NCBI GenBank assembly: GCA_963674705.1
Contig: OY771506.1
Span: forward strand, 2,816,001 to 2,880,000
Direction of reading: 5' to 3'
DNA length: 64,000 bases
DNA from: Phycisphaeraceae bacterium
GTDB lineage: Bacteria; Planctomycetota; Phycisphaerae; Phycisphaerales; Phycisphaeraceae
The notes beneath the pieces are model-generated. The model did no database searches, was not told the origin of the DNA, and saw only the letters and a list, made by a program, of their open reading frames with translations. The position numbers and the translations under genes were made by a program. Positions 44,260-55,035 of this stretch are shown one piece after another (position 1 is the stretch's first letter; each line of letters starts with the position of its first letter).

Positions 44260-45180
44260 TCAAAGATTGGTATTGGTTTCATCGCCGTTGCCATCGAGTG
44301 TCCAATGATTGTTGTCGTGCGACCTGGCGTCGCTTAGTTCGTGTTCTTCATAACCATCGGTGTCATAACCGCCACTGCGAGGCGCGCCGTACATTTCTTC
44401 ACGCACGCTCGGGATCGCGGGCTGATCTTCGCCGTTTGTCAGCTTAATACTGTCGCCGTGGCCGTCGGCATAAGTGATATTGACCGCGAGCTTGTGGCGA
44501 GGGTGGGGGTTGCCATAGATCTGATTGCCGTTGGAGTTGTCGTAGACGAAGTTCGAGCCGCGGTGGTCATGCTTGCTGTACTTCTCAACGGAGTCCATGA
44601 AGTAGAAGGTGTGAGATGCTTGCGTAAAGTCGCCGATGCGTGCCGAGATGGCGAGGCCGATCGCCATCTGCCCTTGTGTCGGACCCGATGGAACCGTTCC
44701 GCGATAGGTATATTCGTAAATATTGAAGTGGGTTTTGCGCTGAATGATGCCGATGTTGCTGGAGTTCATGCCGTATTCGGAATACGCCCAGGCGGCACGT
44801 TGTGGGTTTTCAGGGTCTGCTTCAAGTATCTCTTTCTTGGATTCAAGCGACGGGCAGGTAAATCCTTTTCGATCCGGCATGTATCCCTGGTTAAAAAGCG
44901 CCGAGGTCCACCATGAACCATGTGAAGTCCCGGGGTAGCTGCCCGGTCTGTACACCTCACGATAGCGCACAAAGAACTCTTCATTGTCTGCTGTGTACGT
45001 TGTCGAAGCCGTCCCGATCTGCCGGCAATTACTCAAACACACAAGAGATTGAGCGGACTGCCTGGCAGCGCCCAGAGCCGGCAACAGGATGCCGACCAAC
45101 AACGCAATTATTGAAATAACCACCAGCAATTCGATCAGAGTGAAACCCGCGCCGGAGAATCTGCCACGAGATGTGGACAT
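44260..45180 (-). CDS. Prepilin-type N-terminal cleavage/methylation protein with H-X9-DG motif (DUF1559-like)
   Basis: [29 protein letters not shown]...[17 protein letters not shown]; start ATG 45180 after GAGGTG. Confidence 0.92.
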   Translation of the reverse strand: MSTSRGRFSGAGFTLIELLVVISIIALLVGILLPALGAARQSAQSLVCLSNCRQIGTASTTYTADNEEFFVRYREVYRPGSYPGTSHGSWWTSALFNQGYMPDRKGFTCPSLESKKEILEADPENPQRAAWAYSEYGMNSSNIGIIQRKTHFNIYEYTYRGTVPSGPTQGQMAIGLAISARIGDFTQASHTFYFMDSVEKYSKHDHRGSNFVYDNSNGNQIYGNPHPRHKLAVNITYADGHGDSIKLTNGEDQPAIPSVREEMYGAPRSGGYDTDGYEEHELSDARSHDNNHWTLDGNGDETNTNL

Positions 45181-45446
45181 AAAGATCACCTCGGTAAAAG
45201 ATGCGATGTCGAATGTCACAGCCGACAAATCAAAAACTACATGTTGTACTAAATGGGTGCGGCCCCAATACCACACATAAGACAGCCAGCTTGCCTAACA
45301 GGTGATGCGTACCTTTATGAAAGTTGCACAAGCCGTAATTATGGAATTAACCTAACGAAGTCATTCAAAAAGTGCAACAACTTTTTTTAAAATTAAAGTT
45401 GAGGTATAGCACACTTCTTTTGTGGAAAAGGCGGGTGAATAATACT

Positions 45447-47279
45447 TTACTTGCCGCAGGGTTCGGAAGTCATCAGCCAACGTGTGCTGATCTGTTCGGC
45501 TGACAGGTCGGGTTGGTGATGTCGGATCGCCGCGGCAACCAGGCCCATGAACATCGGTTGCGGCCTTAGCGGCCTGCCCGTCAATTCGGGGTGGAATTGC
45601 GATCCGATGAAGTAAGGATGCGTCGGCAGTTCGAGGATCTGCATGATCGGTTGTTCGGGGTGTCGGCCCGAGAATACGAGGCCGGCTTTCTCCAAGATCT
45701 GGATGTACTTCGGATCGACTTCATACCGATGACGGAATCGTTCGCGGATGGTAAAGGGTTGTGTGGCTTCGGGTTTAACCAGGAACGATGCAAGTGTGTT
45801 TGGCTTAACCAAGACATCCTTGCCACCGAGGCGCATGTTGCCTCCGAGACCTTCGATCTTCTTTTGCTCGGGCAGGATGTCGATGACAGGTGCTTCGGAC
45901 AGTTGATCAAACTCGGTGCTCGCGGCTTCGGGTAATGATGCGACGTTGCGTGCGTACTCGACGACAGCCATCTGGAAACCTAAGCAGATGCCCAGGTAGG
46001 GCAGGCCGTTCTCTCGGCAGTACTTGACGCATGCGATCTTGCTTTCGGTGCCGCGTACACCAAATCCACCGGGCACGATGACGGCATCGAGGCCCTTGAG
46101 TTTTTCTGGTGCTTCTGCCGGCTCGAAGCGCGTGGTATCCAGCCAGTCGGTTTCGATATTGCAGTTCAGGTGAGCGCCGCAATGTTCCAGGGCTTTGTCG
46201 ATTGAAGCGTAAGCATCGCGCAATGACGCGTACTTACCGGTGATCCCGATCTTGACATCGAACTTGCGTTTGGATTCGAGTTTGTTCACGAAGCCCTGCC
46301 AGTCAAGGCGTGCGCGGTCTTCGTGGCCTTGGTTGACCCGGCTGTGCAGGTTAAGCATGGTCAGGACCTCGCGGTCGAGTCCGGCCTGTCGCATCGAGTC
46401 GGGGATCGTGTAGATAGAGTCGCGGTCGTGCATGGAGAACACGCGGTTCAGCGGGACGTTACTGAACATCGCGATTTTTTCCGCGGCGGACGACTGCACC
46501 GGGTTCTTCGCACGTGCAGCGATGATGTGCGGTTGCACCCCGGCTTCCATCAGTTTTTTCAGACCAAGCTGTGCGGCCTTGGATTTTTGTTCGCCCAGCG
46601 CCGGTGGTTCGATCACATAAGTCAACGCCACGAAACAGACCGCACCGGGGCCTTCCTCGAAAGCAAGCTGGCGCATGGCTTCGATGTAAAAAGCGTTCTC
46701 ATGATCGCCGACCGTTCCGCCGACCTCGACGAAGACTACATCCGCCTTTTGTTTGATCGCCAGTTCACGCAGCAGGTACTTCACTTCGCCGGTGACGTGG
46801 GGGATCATCTGTACGTCGCGGCCGAGGTAGCCGCCGTGCCGTTCCTTATCCAGCACGCGTTTATATATCTGGCCGCTGGTGGTGTAGTTATGGCGTGTCA
46901 GGTTTTGGTCGAGCATGCGTTCGTAGGTGCCCAGGTCCATGTCGGTTTCCAGGCCGTCATCCAGAACAAAAACTTCACCATGCCGATAGGGATTGAGCGT
47001 GCCGGAGTCGATGTTGAGGTAGCCCTCCATTTTGATGGGTGCTACGCTCAGCTTCTTATCTTTCAATAGTTTGGCGAGGCTTGAGGAAAAAATCCCTTTG
47101 CCCAGACCGCTCATGACCGTGCCCAGCACGATGACGTACTTATGGCGTCCAAGCTGGTAGCCCGGGGGGACGGGGTTGAAGAATTCGGACTCGTGGGTGG
47201 CGTGGCCGGCTTCAGCCAAGAGGTCGGCGGTGCTGGCGGAGGGGTCAGAAACGTCTTGTGGCGTGTTTGAGGGGGGCAT
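45447..47279 (-). CDS. pyrG: CTP synthase
   Basis: MSGLGKG, HGEVFVLDDGLETDMDLG, EVGGTVGD, GICLGFQ, ERFRHRYE, QFHPE; start ATG 47279 or GTG 47294. Confidence 0.97.
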   Translation of the reverse strand: MPPSNTPQDVSDPSASTADLLAEAGHATHESEFFNPVPPGYQLGRHKYVIVLGTVMSGLGKGIFSSSLAKLLKDKKLSVAPIKMEGYLNIDSGTLNPYRHGEVFVLDDGLETDMDLGTYERMLDQNLTRHNYTTSGQIYKRVLDKERHGGYLGRDVQMIPHVTGEVKYLLRELAIKQKADVVFVEVGGTVGDHENAFYIEAMRQLAFEEGPGAVCFVALTYVIEPPALGEQKSKAAQLGLKKLMEAGVQPHIIAARAKNPVQSSAAEKIAMFSNVPLNRVFSMHDRDSIYTIPDSMRQAGLDREVLTMLNLHSRVNQGHEDRARLDWQGFVNKLESKRKFDVKIGITGKYASLRDAYASIDKALEHCGAHLNCNIETDWLDTTRFEPAEAPEKLKGLDAVIVPGGFGVRGTESKIACVKYCRENGLPYLGICLGFQMAVVEYARNVASLPEAASTEFDQLSEAPVIDILPEQKKIEGLGGNMRLGGKDVLVKPNTLASFLVKPEATQPFTIRERFRHRYEVDPKYIQILEKAGLVFSGRHPEQPIMQILELPTHPYFIGSQFHPELTGRPLRPQPMFMGLVAAAIRHHQPDLSAEQISTRWLMTSEPCGK

Positions 47280-47381
47280 CCCCGTTTGTACCACGTGATT
47301 TAATAAGAATCAAGCAAGGTCGGCAATGCTTTGGGCCATTTAGACGTTAGAATTATGAGAGCCCTTCAGTAAGGATGGATT

Positions 47382-48380
47382 TTGCGACGCTCTTACGCTC
47401 GCCATCTGGCAATCTTCTTCCCGGCGATCCTCGTCGTTGCTGTCTTCATGCTCATCAAGCCCAGCACGCGGTCGCAGAACACCTCCGCTTCCGATCCTAA
47501 GCCCGAGCAGAATACGAACGAGTTTCCGCGCCGGTTTGATTCTTCCGAACGGGAGAAGGAACGAACTCGTCGATGGGAAATCAGGCGTGAACTACTCATC
47601 GAAAAGGGATACCTGACCGAAGGCATGTCGGAAGATGAAGAACGCGCCGTTTTCGATGAGGTGTTGGGCCGGTTTGGTCCCCGGGACCCGTCGGAAGACG
47701 ATAACAGCGAGCGTGCCGAATTACGCAAAGAACTTGAGTTGCGCTACCTGGAAGAAGGCATCGGGCACCGACGCTGGCACGGCCGTGGCATGGGACAACC
47801 GCGACCGGGTGAATTTGGCTACCAGGGTGTGGGTATTTTCGAAGGCAGGGGATTGACGCTTGGCGATACCGTTCCGCCCATGCAGGTCTTCGATATCAAC
47901 GGCCAACCGGTACAGTTGTCGCAAACCTGGCAGGACCGGCCCGTGCTTCTTGTTACCGGCTCAATCACTTGCGGTTTTACTCAGGAATGCATCGCGGAGC
48001 TGGACGTGTTAAGTCGACGTTTCAGTAGCGACATCAATGTTGTATTGCTCTACACACTCGAAGCCTTGCCGAATGATGAAGAAGCCCCTGGCCCGGCAGG
48101 TGAAGCGCTGACCGAGCAATACGAATCAAGTGATATCCCATCCTACCCGCAGCCAAAATCACTTCAGCAACGCCTTGAACTTGCTAAAGCCTTCCGTGAC
48201 CAATGCAATGTCCAGTCGACAATCCTGGTCGACACCATGAACAACGACGGCTGGCAAGCATTCGGCCAGGCGCCAAGCATGGCGGTCCTGATCACACCTG
48301 GCGGCAAGGTCGCTCATAAAGAGGGCTGGTTCAACGCCTATGTCATGGCGGATGAGATCGAGGCCGAACTGCGGCAATAA
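47382..48380 (+). CDS. Membrane-anchored thioredoxin-fold protein, iodothyronine deiodinase-like
   Basis: N-terminal TM; RPVLLVTGSITC, LYTLEALP, QPKSLQQRLELA, ILVDTMNN, FGQAP match the deiodinase-like layout. Confidence 0.65.
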   Translation: MRRSYARHLAIFFPAILVVAVFMLIKPSTRSQNTSASDPKPEQNTNEFPRRFDSSEREKERTRRWEIRRELLIEKGYLTEGMSEDEERAVFDEVLGRFGPRDPSEDDNSERAELRKELELRYLEEGIGHRRWHGRGMGQPRPGEFGYQGVGIFEGRGLTLGDTVPPMQVFDINGQPVQLSQTWQDRPVLLVTGSITCGFTQECIAELDVLSRRFSSDINVVLLYTLEALPNDEEAPGPAGEALTEQYESSDIPSYPQPKSLQQRLELAKAFRDQCNVQSTILVDTMNNDGWQAFGQAPSMAVLITPGGKVAHKEGWFNAYVMADEIEAELRQ

Positions 48381-48509
48381 AGCGTAACAATATTCTGGCT
48401 CAAATCTCTTTATTTTCTTTAAGTCTATTTTTATACTATCTATTAAGCTGTTGTCGCGCTGTTCAGTTTAAGATGCACGATTAGTGTTTTATATGACCGG
48501 GAGGTTGTC

Positions 48510-49211
48510 ATGTCGGTTAAGAATATTCTAGGGTCGCTATTCGTAATGTCTTTTTTCTTCAGCCAGTCTGCCATGGCAGGTGTGGTTTACCCATATTCAC
48601 CACCTCTGGATATGGAATGGTTTGCGGATTACGGCATTGGTAGCTCATCGATTCCGGATGGTTCGGGTTCATATGTATCCGGGCTGTACTTCGGCTATAC
48701 AGATAATCCGTCTTATGCTTCGAATCGATCACTCATTCCGTTATCGCCGAAGTATTCAGTTATCACACTGAACTCGCCAGATGAGTCGCCATGGTGGCTT
48801 GCATTTGATGCTATTCTACCACCTGAGCTAAACGATTATCTGGATTGGTCGACTTGGGAATACAGCGAAGCCGCCGCGTATGTACCCGTGGGGACCGTGT
48901 TGACTTTCCCGGAAGATAACCCTTCTGACGGTTGGTATACCGATACGACGTTATACCGTGACGTTGATGGTGTTCCGATGCCGATCGAAGAGTTTATGCC
49001 GTTTATCGGTGACGGAGCGGGCCAATACGTTTTGGATCAGGAAGGTCAAATCGACCTGGTGGCGTTTAGTTTTTTTGTCTCGGTGACATATGATTCGCCA
49101 GGAGCGCCGGCTATCCCGCGTTTGGTTCACATCCATGTCGTGCCCGAACCGGGCTCAATGATTTTTGCCTTAGGTCTAACGGGTCTTGGATTGCTCCGCC
49201 GATTGCGGTGA
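48510..49211 (+). CDS. PEP-CTERM protein of unknown function
   Basis: RBS GGAGG, signal peptide ending AMA, VPEPGS-TM-RRLR. Confidence 0.82.
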   Translation: MSVKNILGSLFVMSFFFSQSAMAGVVYPYSPPLDMEWFADYGIGSSSIPDGSGSYVSGLYFGYTDNPSYASNRSLIPLSPKYSVITLNSPDESPWWLAFDAILPPELNDYLDWSTWEYSEAAAYVPVGTVLTFPEDNPSDGWYTDTTLYRDVDGVPMPIEEFMPFIGDGAGQYVLDQEGQIDLVAFSFFVSVTYDSPGAPAIPRLVHIHVVPEPGSMIFALGLTGLGLLRRLR

Positions 49212-49213
49212 TG

Positions 49214-50167
49214 CTATCGCACGTCACTTGTAACGTGTGTTGCTATCAAACTGACCGGCAGTAAAGCCAACAGGATTAATCCCTGCCACCAGAGCCCGGC
49301 GGAGAGAAGCCAGCCAGCGTTAAAGACGATCAGCCAGAGTGTTGCCAGGCGGGTGAAACGTCTGGCGGTGGCACGCTTGGCGCGTGGATGCAGCGTCGAT
49401 GGGCCGAGGATCAGCCAGAGGATCAGGCCAAACAACAGCGCCGCTGCAGCCGGGCCGATCCAGATGAGTTGGATGCCTTCGTATTCAATACCCTCGCCGC
49501 GTGCCCGGATCATCATGAGCACGACCAGGCTCCAGAAGACCCAGCCGACGATCACCCCCCAGCCGTTGTTCGCAGAAAGAGCGGGACGCTTGACAGCAAG
49601 CCAGTGCCGGAGCGTGGCGCTGGCCATCGTGTGTGTCATCATCAGCAGGATTGGCCAGGCGAAAGCCAGCTTCGGGTTCGGGATCAGCGTGGTTACGCCG
49701 ACGATCAGGCCGAGTGTGACGATGCCGACCGCGGGGACGAACCGCCCGGCCACGTTGTAAAACACGATCGCGCCGGCGGCGATCAGGGCCATGATCATGC
49801 TCAGCGAGCCGAACGGGATCGTCGCACCAAGCGCCACCAGCAGCCCCAGCATCGACAGGCCGAAAGCCGAGCGCTGCGTGACGCGTCCTGAGGGGATAGG
49901 GCGGTTCGGCTCAAAAGCCCGGTCGTGCCGGGCGTCCAGGGCGTCGTTCAACGCCATCATGAATATCCCCAGACCCACCGCGATCAGGGCGGTCAATCCC
50001 AGCGCCCCAGCCACCCCCAGCCCATTTAATGGGATATTACGACGTGTTTCCGGCTCGATGTAGAAACCCAGAAGCGTCATGACCCACAGGCCGCTGACCA
50101 GTGCGGTCATCAGCTCGGGTCGCATCAAACCCATGAGGTTCTTGAGTTTATGTGGCTGATCCGTCAT
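49214..50167 (-). CDS. UbiA-family prenyltransferase-like membrane protein
   Basis: LMRP, ALNDALDARHD, NRPIPSGRV; multi-TM; start ATG 50167 likely. Confidence 0.8.
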   Translation of the reverse strand: MTDQPHKLKNLMGLMRPELMTALVSGLWVMTLLGFYIEPETRRNIPLNGLGVAGALGLTALIAVGLGIFMMALNDALDARHDRAFEPNRPIPSGRVTQRSAFGLSMLGLLVALGATIPFGSLSMIMALIAAGAIVFYNVAGRFVPAVGIVTLGLIVGVTTLIPNPKLAFAWPILLMMTHTMASATLRHWLAVKRPALSANNGWGVIVGWVFWSLVVLMMIRARGEGIEYEGIQLIWIGPAAAALLFGLILWLILGPSTLHPRAKRATARRFTRLATLWLIVFNAGWLLSAGLWWQGLILLALLPVSLIATHVTSDVR

Positions 50168-50268
50168 ACGCCATACTTCCCCGGCAAAGGGTGAGGTTGT
50201 CAAGGCTCACGGGCCCAGTGTCCGATATCCATGCAGGACACAGCAGACCACGATACACTTTTTACATC

Positions 50269-51105
50269 ATGCGAACCAAACGTATGCCCCAATCCACCGC
50301 TTGGCGAATCCTGTTCACCCTCGTGCTATTCAATCTCACTGCCGTGGTGGGGGGGTGTGCCGGGCCGAATAATGATGCTGACATCTTCAGCGGGATGCTT
50401 GAAAAGGTTCTGCCACCGAGCCCGTCTAAGGTGGCGAGGGAAGCTTTCAACGTCTATGACGCGGACCTTCGAGCCCGTAGTGTGGCCCTGCTGTCCAGCT
50501 CGGACTTCGGGCATGAAGAGCCCTACGTGCGGATGTATCGGTTATTGATCGACGACCAGGACCCAACCGTTCGCGCCGCCTGTGCCCACGCGCTGGGGAT
50601 GCACGGCACGGCAGAGGATGCCCCGACGCTGATTGGGCTTTTAAAGGACGACACCAGCTTTGTCCGGTGGGAAGCGGCCAAGGCACTGCAGAAGATCCAT
50701 CACACGGATGCGGTTCGGCCGTTGATGGATGTGATGAATGATGATGAAGATGCCGACGTCCGTATGGCCGCGGCTCAGGCGTTGGGACAGTACGCCGCGC
50801 GACCGGTGTTTGATGCATTGGTTGGTGCGCTATCCGATCACAACTTCGGTGTGGTGCAGGCCGCGTCCGAATCACTCGCCGTGTTGACCGGCCAGGACCT
50901 GGGCACCGATGGCGGACGCTGGCTGGACTTTGCATCGCAGAATCCCGGCAACCTCTTCCAGCAGCAGCGTCAGTACACTTACATGCCTTACCAGAAACCT
51001 CCGGGCAAGCTTGATGGAGTCAAGTTCTGGAAAGAAGATCAAACCGTCAGCCCGAAGACACCGGTCGGTGTGAATAATGTCGAAAGCCCGGAATCCGGCG
51101 CGTAA
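50269..51105 (+). CDS. HEAT-repeat lipoprotein
   Basis: Lipobox-like VVGGC; repeats DPTVRAACAHALG, FVRWEAAKAL, DVRMAAAQALG; start 50269 or 50284. Confidence 0.82.
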   Translation: MRTKRMPQSTAWRILFTLVLFNLTAVVGGCAGPNNDADIFSGMLEKVLPPSPSKVAREAFNVYDADLRARSVALLSSSDFGHEEPYVRMYRLLIDDQDPTVRAACAHALGMHGTAEDAPTLIGLLKDDTSFVRWEAAKALQKIHHTDAVRPLMDVMNDDEDADVRMAAAQALGQYAARPVFDALVGALSDHNFGVVQAASESLAVLTGQDLGTDGGRWLDFASQNPGNLFQQQRQYTYMPYQKPPGKLDGVKFWKEDQTVSPKTPVGVNNVESPESGA

Positions 51106-51108
51106 GGA

Positions 51109-53091
51109 TCAATCTTCGTCCACCCGCCGGGTCCATTCTTCTTCCAACGGCGTCAGTTCCGCTTGAACCTTCTCGCGTTCATCCTGTAATGCGCTGAACC
51201 GCTTGTGATCCTTGTACACCTCCGGATCAGCCAGCACCTCGTCCAGTTCCGCGAGTTTCGCTTCCGCCTGCTCGATCGCCGACTCCAGCTTCGATTGACT
51301 CATGTGCGAAAAGCGCGACTTCCTGCGTTTGGGCTTCTCACCTTTGGGCTTCTTCTGCTCAGCTGCTTGCGGCTTAGCGCTCTTCGCTTTGTCGGCTTTC
51401 TTCTTAACCTGCTCCGTATCATCCTTGACAACCGCGACCGCGTCCTGCGTTTGCAGGTATTCGCTGTACGTCCCGAGGAAGTGCTTGACGTTGCCCATAC
51501 CGTCAAAGATCAAAAGTTGATCCGCGAGGTTGTCCAGAAGCATGCGGTCGTGGCTGATGATCAGCAGCGTCCCTTCGGGGTTGCGGTTCTGGCCGTACCC
51601 CGAGGCTGGGGCGCAGAACTGACGCAGCGCTTCTTCGAGCCGTTCACTGCTTGGGATATCCAGGTGGTTGGTCGGCTCGTCCAGTACCAGCAGGTTATGA
51701 CCGCCGGCCACCAACCCCGCTAATACAGCCCGGCTGCGCTCGCCGCCCGACATGACCCCCAACTGCTTATCCTGATCCAATCCTGAAAACAGGAACGCCC
51801 CCGCAAGATCGCGCGACTCCTGTTCGAGCTGATTCGGCGTGAATGGACGCAGGTACTCAATCACCGTGCGCGACATGTCCAGGTGTTCGTGCGTTTGTTT
51901 GTAATGGCCGATGCTGACCTGTGAGCCGATCTTCGTTTCACCCTTGGTCGGCTGCTGTTCACCGAGCATGCAACGCGCTACCGTGCTCTTACCCGAGCCA
52001 TTGGGCCCGATGATGCCGATCGTGTCGCCGCGCTTGATCGTGATAGACAGATGATCAAATAGTTTGCGCGTCTCGTATTCCATGCCGAGTTCGTGCGTGA
52101 TGATGACGTTGTCGCTCGAGCGAGGTCCGGACTTGAACGTAAGCTTCATCGTCTCAAGTTCGATCGGCTTCTCCATCGCCTCATCGCGCTTGAAGCGCTC
52201 CAGGCGTTTTTCCCGACCCTTTGCCTGCTTGGCACGCTGACCCGCTTTGTATCGCGCGATAAACGCCTGTTCCTGTTTGATCGCGGTCTGCTGCTTGTCG
52301 AACGCACGCTGCATCGCAAGGTGGCGCTCGGCACGGAGCTCGCGGTACTTCTGGTAATTCCCGGGGTACTCGACGAGTCGGCCGTCCTCCATCTCGTAGA
52401 TCTTCGTCACCACGCGGTCCAGCACCCACCTGTCGTGACTGACCAGCAGCACAGCCCCGCTGTATGTAGCAAGGAAATCCTCAAGCCATTGCCGGCCCGC
52501 AATATCCAGGTGGTTGGTCGGCTCGTCCAGAAGCAGCACATCCGGGTGTGACAGAAGCAGCTTCGCCAACGCAAGCCGGCCCTTCTGCCCGCCTGACAGG
52601 TCACGCACCTTGATCCCGAACATATCGTCGGTCAGCCCCAGACCGTGCAGGACCTGGTCGACCAGGTGGTCCGTCGCATATCCCCCGGCCGCGTGCATCT
52701 GCACCTCAAGCTGCTCGTATCGCTTCATCAGCCGGTCAAGCTCGTCCCCCGAAGCCTCCGCCATGTCGTGGCTGACCCGCTCGACCTCCTTGTGCAGCGC
52801 CTCCAGCTCCGCCATCGCCGTGCCGGCCTCTTCACGCAGCGTGTGGCTCGGGTCCAGGTCGTGGTCCTGCGTCAGGTATCCCACGCTCGCCCCCCGCGCG
52901 ACCTGCACCTGCCCGCTGTCGGGTTTGAGCCCGTACCGCCCAGCGATCAGCTTCAGCAGCGTACTCTTGCCGCAGCCGTTGCGCCCGACCATACCGACAT
53001 GCTGGCCCGCCTCGAGGGTGAGGTTGACCCCGTCGAGCACACGCCGATCACCGAAGCTCAGCACCAGATTGGCAACACCGACTAACGCCAT
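51109..53091 (-). CDS. ABC-F family ATPase (Uup/YheS-like)
   Basis: Two ABC domains (GRNGCGKST, LSGGQ, LLDEPTNHLD; GPNGSGKST, MSGGE), no TM, C-terminal coiled coil. Confidence 0.95.
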   Translation of the reverse strand: MALVGVANLVLSFGDRRVLDGVNLTLEAGQHVGMVGRNGCGKSTLLKLIAGRYGLKPDSGQVQVARGASVGYLTQDHDLDPSHTLREEAGTAMAELEALHKEVERVSHDMAEASGDELDRLMKRYEQLEVQMHAAGGYATDHLVDQVLHGLGLTDDMFGIKVRDLSGGQKGRLALAKLLLSHPDVLLLDEPTNHLDIAGRQWLEDFLATYSGAVLLVSHDRWVLDRVVTKIYEMEDGRLVEYPGNYQKYRELRAERHLAMQRAFDKQQTAIKQEQAFIARYKAGQRAKQAKGREKRLERFKRDEAMEKPIELETMKLTFKSGPRSSDNVIITHELGMEYETRKLFDHLSITIKRGDTIGIIGPNGSGKSTVARCMLGEQQPTKGETKIGSQVSIGHYKQTHEHLDMSRTVIEYLRPFTPNQLEQESRDLAGAFLFSGLDQDKQLGVMSGGERSRAVLAGLVAGGHNLLVLDEPTNHLDIPSSERLEEALRQFCAPASGYGQNRNPEGTLLIISHDRMLLDNLADQLLIFDGMGNVKHFLGTYSEYLQTQDAVAVVKDDTEQVKKKADKAKSAKPQAAEQKKPKGEKPKRRKSRFSHMSQSKLESAIEQAEAKLAELDEVLADPEVYKDHKRFSALQDEREKVQAELTPLEEEWTRRVDED

Positions 53092-53176
53092 GAGCCGCGT
53101 AAGGTATCACGAAACCCCCGCAAATTCACCGCGCCGGTTCCTCTGCCCGCTTACTCGGCAGTGGGGGGCTTTCAGG

Positions 53177-54034
53177 TTATTGCCGGTGGGTGGTGTGTTT
53201 GGTGCGGTAATCCCGTGGACTCACACCCTTGACCGTAAGGAACACCCGGTTGAAGTTCGACAGGTTGTTGAACCCGCTGGCGAAGCAGATGTCGGTGATC
53301 GAGCGGTCGGATTCGATGAGTAGTCGGCAGGCGTGGCCGATGCGTAGTTCGTGGACGTATCGGCTGTAGGTCATGCCTACACGTTGGCGGAAGAACCGGC
53401 TGAACGCCGGGCCGCTCATGCCGATCAGGTCTGCGGCTTGCGATTGGGTGATCGGTTCGGTGACGTGGTCGTTGATAAAGCGGCAGACGCGATCGGTCCG
53501 GCTGTCGGCAGTGTGTCCGCTCGGATCGTACGCGGGGCTGGCGAGCGACTTCGTACCCCGGCTACGTGCGAGTTTTTCCAGTAGCGAGATCAGCGACAGT
53601 ACGCGCGGCATGCCGTGTTGTTTATTCATCTTTGAGAGCACTTCTGCCGCGTGCTTCTGCGCGCGGCCGGTGAAGCGCAGGCCTCGTCGGCTCTTGTCGA
53701 TCAATGAAAGGATGGCGCTGGCTTCGGGCGTATCTGCGAGCATCGCTTCAAGCCAGTCCGCACTGAACTGGATAACGATTGCCTTGTGTCGTTTAGCCGA
53801 GTTATCGTGGGATGCCCATGTGTGCGGCAGGTCGGGCCCGAGCAGGACCAGGTCGCCCGGTTCGTATTCATCGATGTTGTCGCCGACAAAGCGCTGTCCC
53901 GTGCCGGTTTCGATCAGCGTCAGTTCGCATTCCGGGTGTTGATGCCACTGGAATTCAAAGCCACGGCCGTTGCGCCGGCCAAGTCGGAACGAGGTTTCCA
54001 CATCGCGTTGCAGCTTCTCTCGGATGGGTAGCAT
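53177..54034 (-). CDS. AraC family transcriptional regulator
   Basis: Cupin WHQHPECEL, C-terminal GFNNLSNFNRVF...GVSPRDYR; start ATG 54034. Confidence 0.95.
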   Translation of the reverse strand: MLPIREKLQRDVETSFRLGRRNGRGFEFQWHQHPECELTLIETGTGQRFVGDNIDEYEPGDLVLLGPDLPHTWASHDNSAKRHKAIVIQFSADWLEAMLADTPEASAILSLIDKSRRGLRFTGRAQKHAAEVLSKMNKQHGMPRVLSLISLLEKLARSRGTKSLASPAYDPSGHTADSRTDRVCRFINDHVTEPITQSQAADLIGMSGPAFSRFFRQRVGMTYSRYVHELRIGHACRLLIESDRSITDICFASGFNNLSNFNRVFLTVKGVSPRDYRTKHTTHRQ

Positions 54035-54177
54035 GATGATATTATAATCAAGATCATTACGTATTTTACATATCAAGTTAAAATAATATCAAAATTGGTG
54101 TACTTTCAGGTAGTGTCAAGCTGTTTTGTGTCTAGGATAGGCGTTTTACCAGGCTAAGAGCCGGAATTGAGGACACC

Positions 54178-55008
54178 ATGACCACCGCAACACAACCCTA
54201 TGATCTTGCCAAGCCGTATCAACTGACCCCTGAGCATATCGAGCGCTTCCGCGAGGATGGTTTTATCAAGCTGAAGGACGTGTTCTTGGCTGAGGAGTTG
54301 GCGTACTACAGCGAAGAGATCACACGGATCGTCATGGATCTCAATCCACGCAAGGGGATCCCGATGGAGCAGCGCAATACCTACGCAAAGGCGTTCATCC
54401 AGGTTGGCAACCTTTGGACGAAGTCGCAGATCGTGAAGCAGTTTTCATTCAGCGAACGGCTTGCACGCATCGCCACCGAACTACTCGGCACCGACGGCGT
54501 ACGGATGTGGCACGACCAGGCGCTCTACAAAGAGCCTAGCGGCGGGTTCACGCCCTGGCATGTCGACCAGCAGTACTGGCCGATGGCGAGCGACAAATCC
54601 GTCACTGCATGGATCCCCTTGCAGGCCACACCGATCGAGATGGGCCCGTTGTCTTTCGCTGCAGGGAGCCACAAGAAAGACATCGCGCACGACATGGCGA
54701 TCAGCGACGACAGCGAAAAAGCGATCCAGGATGCTGTCGATGGTGAGAAGTTGGAAGTCGTCTATGAGCCTTACGATCTTGGCGAAGTGAGTTTCCACTA
54801 CGGCTGGACGCTGCACCGTGCCGGCCCGAACACGACCGACAAGCCGCGAGCGGTACACACCGTGATCTACATGGACCGCGACATGAAGCTCGCTGAGCCC
54901 GCCAACGATTATCAGCGCAAGGACTGGGAAGTCTGGACACCCTCCACCAAGGTCGGCCAGGTCATGAACGATGAACTGAACCCGATCCTGTATGACCGAA
55001 CGCGCTGA
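54178..55008 (+). CDS. Phytanoyl-CoA dioxygenase family Fe(II)/2-oxoglutarate dioxygenase
   Basis: FREDGFI, TPWHVD, GSH, LHRAGPN...R; divergent from the AraC gene. Confidence 0.92.
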   Translation: MTTATQPYDLAKPYQLTPEHIERFREDGFIKLKDVFLAEELAYYSEEITRIVMDLNPRKGIPMEQRNTYAKAFIQVGNLWTKSQIVKQFSFSERLARIATELLGTDGVRMWHDQALYKEPSGGFTPWHVDQQYWPMASDKSVTAWIPLQATPIEMGPLSFAAGSHKKDIAHDMAISDDSEKAIQDAVDGEKLEVVYEPYDLGEVSFHYGWTLHRAGPNTTDKPRAVHTVIYMDRDMKLAEPANDYQRKDWEVWTPSTKVGQVMNDELNPILYDRTR

Positions 55009-55035
55009 ATGATCGCGAGTATCCACCGCGAATCC

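Noticed and set aside
47940..47990. Selenocysteine recoding in the deiodinase-like gene
   Set aside because: The active-site codon is TGC and the ORF has no in-frame TGA.
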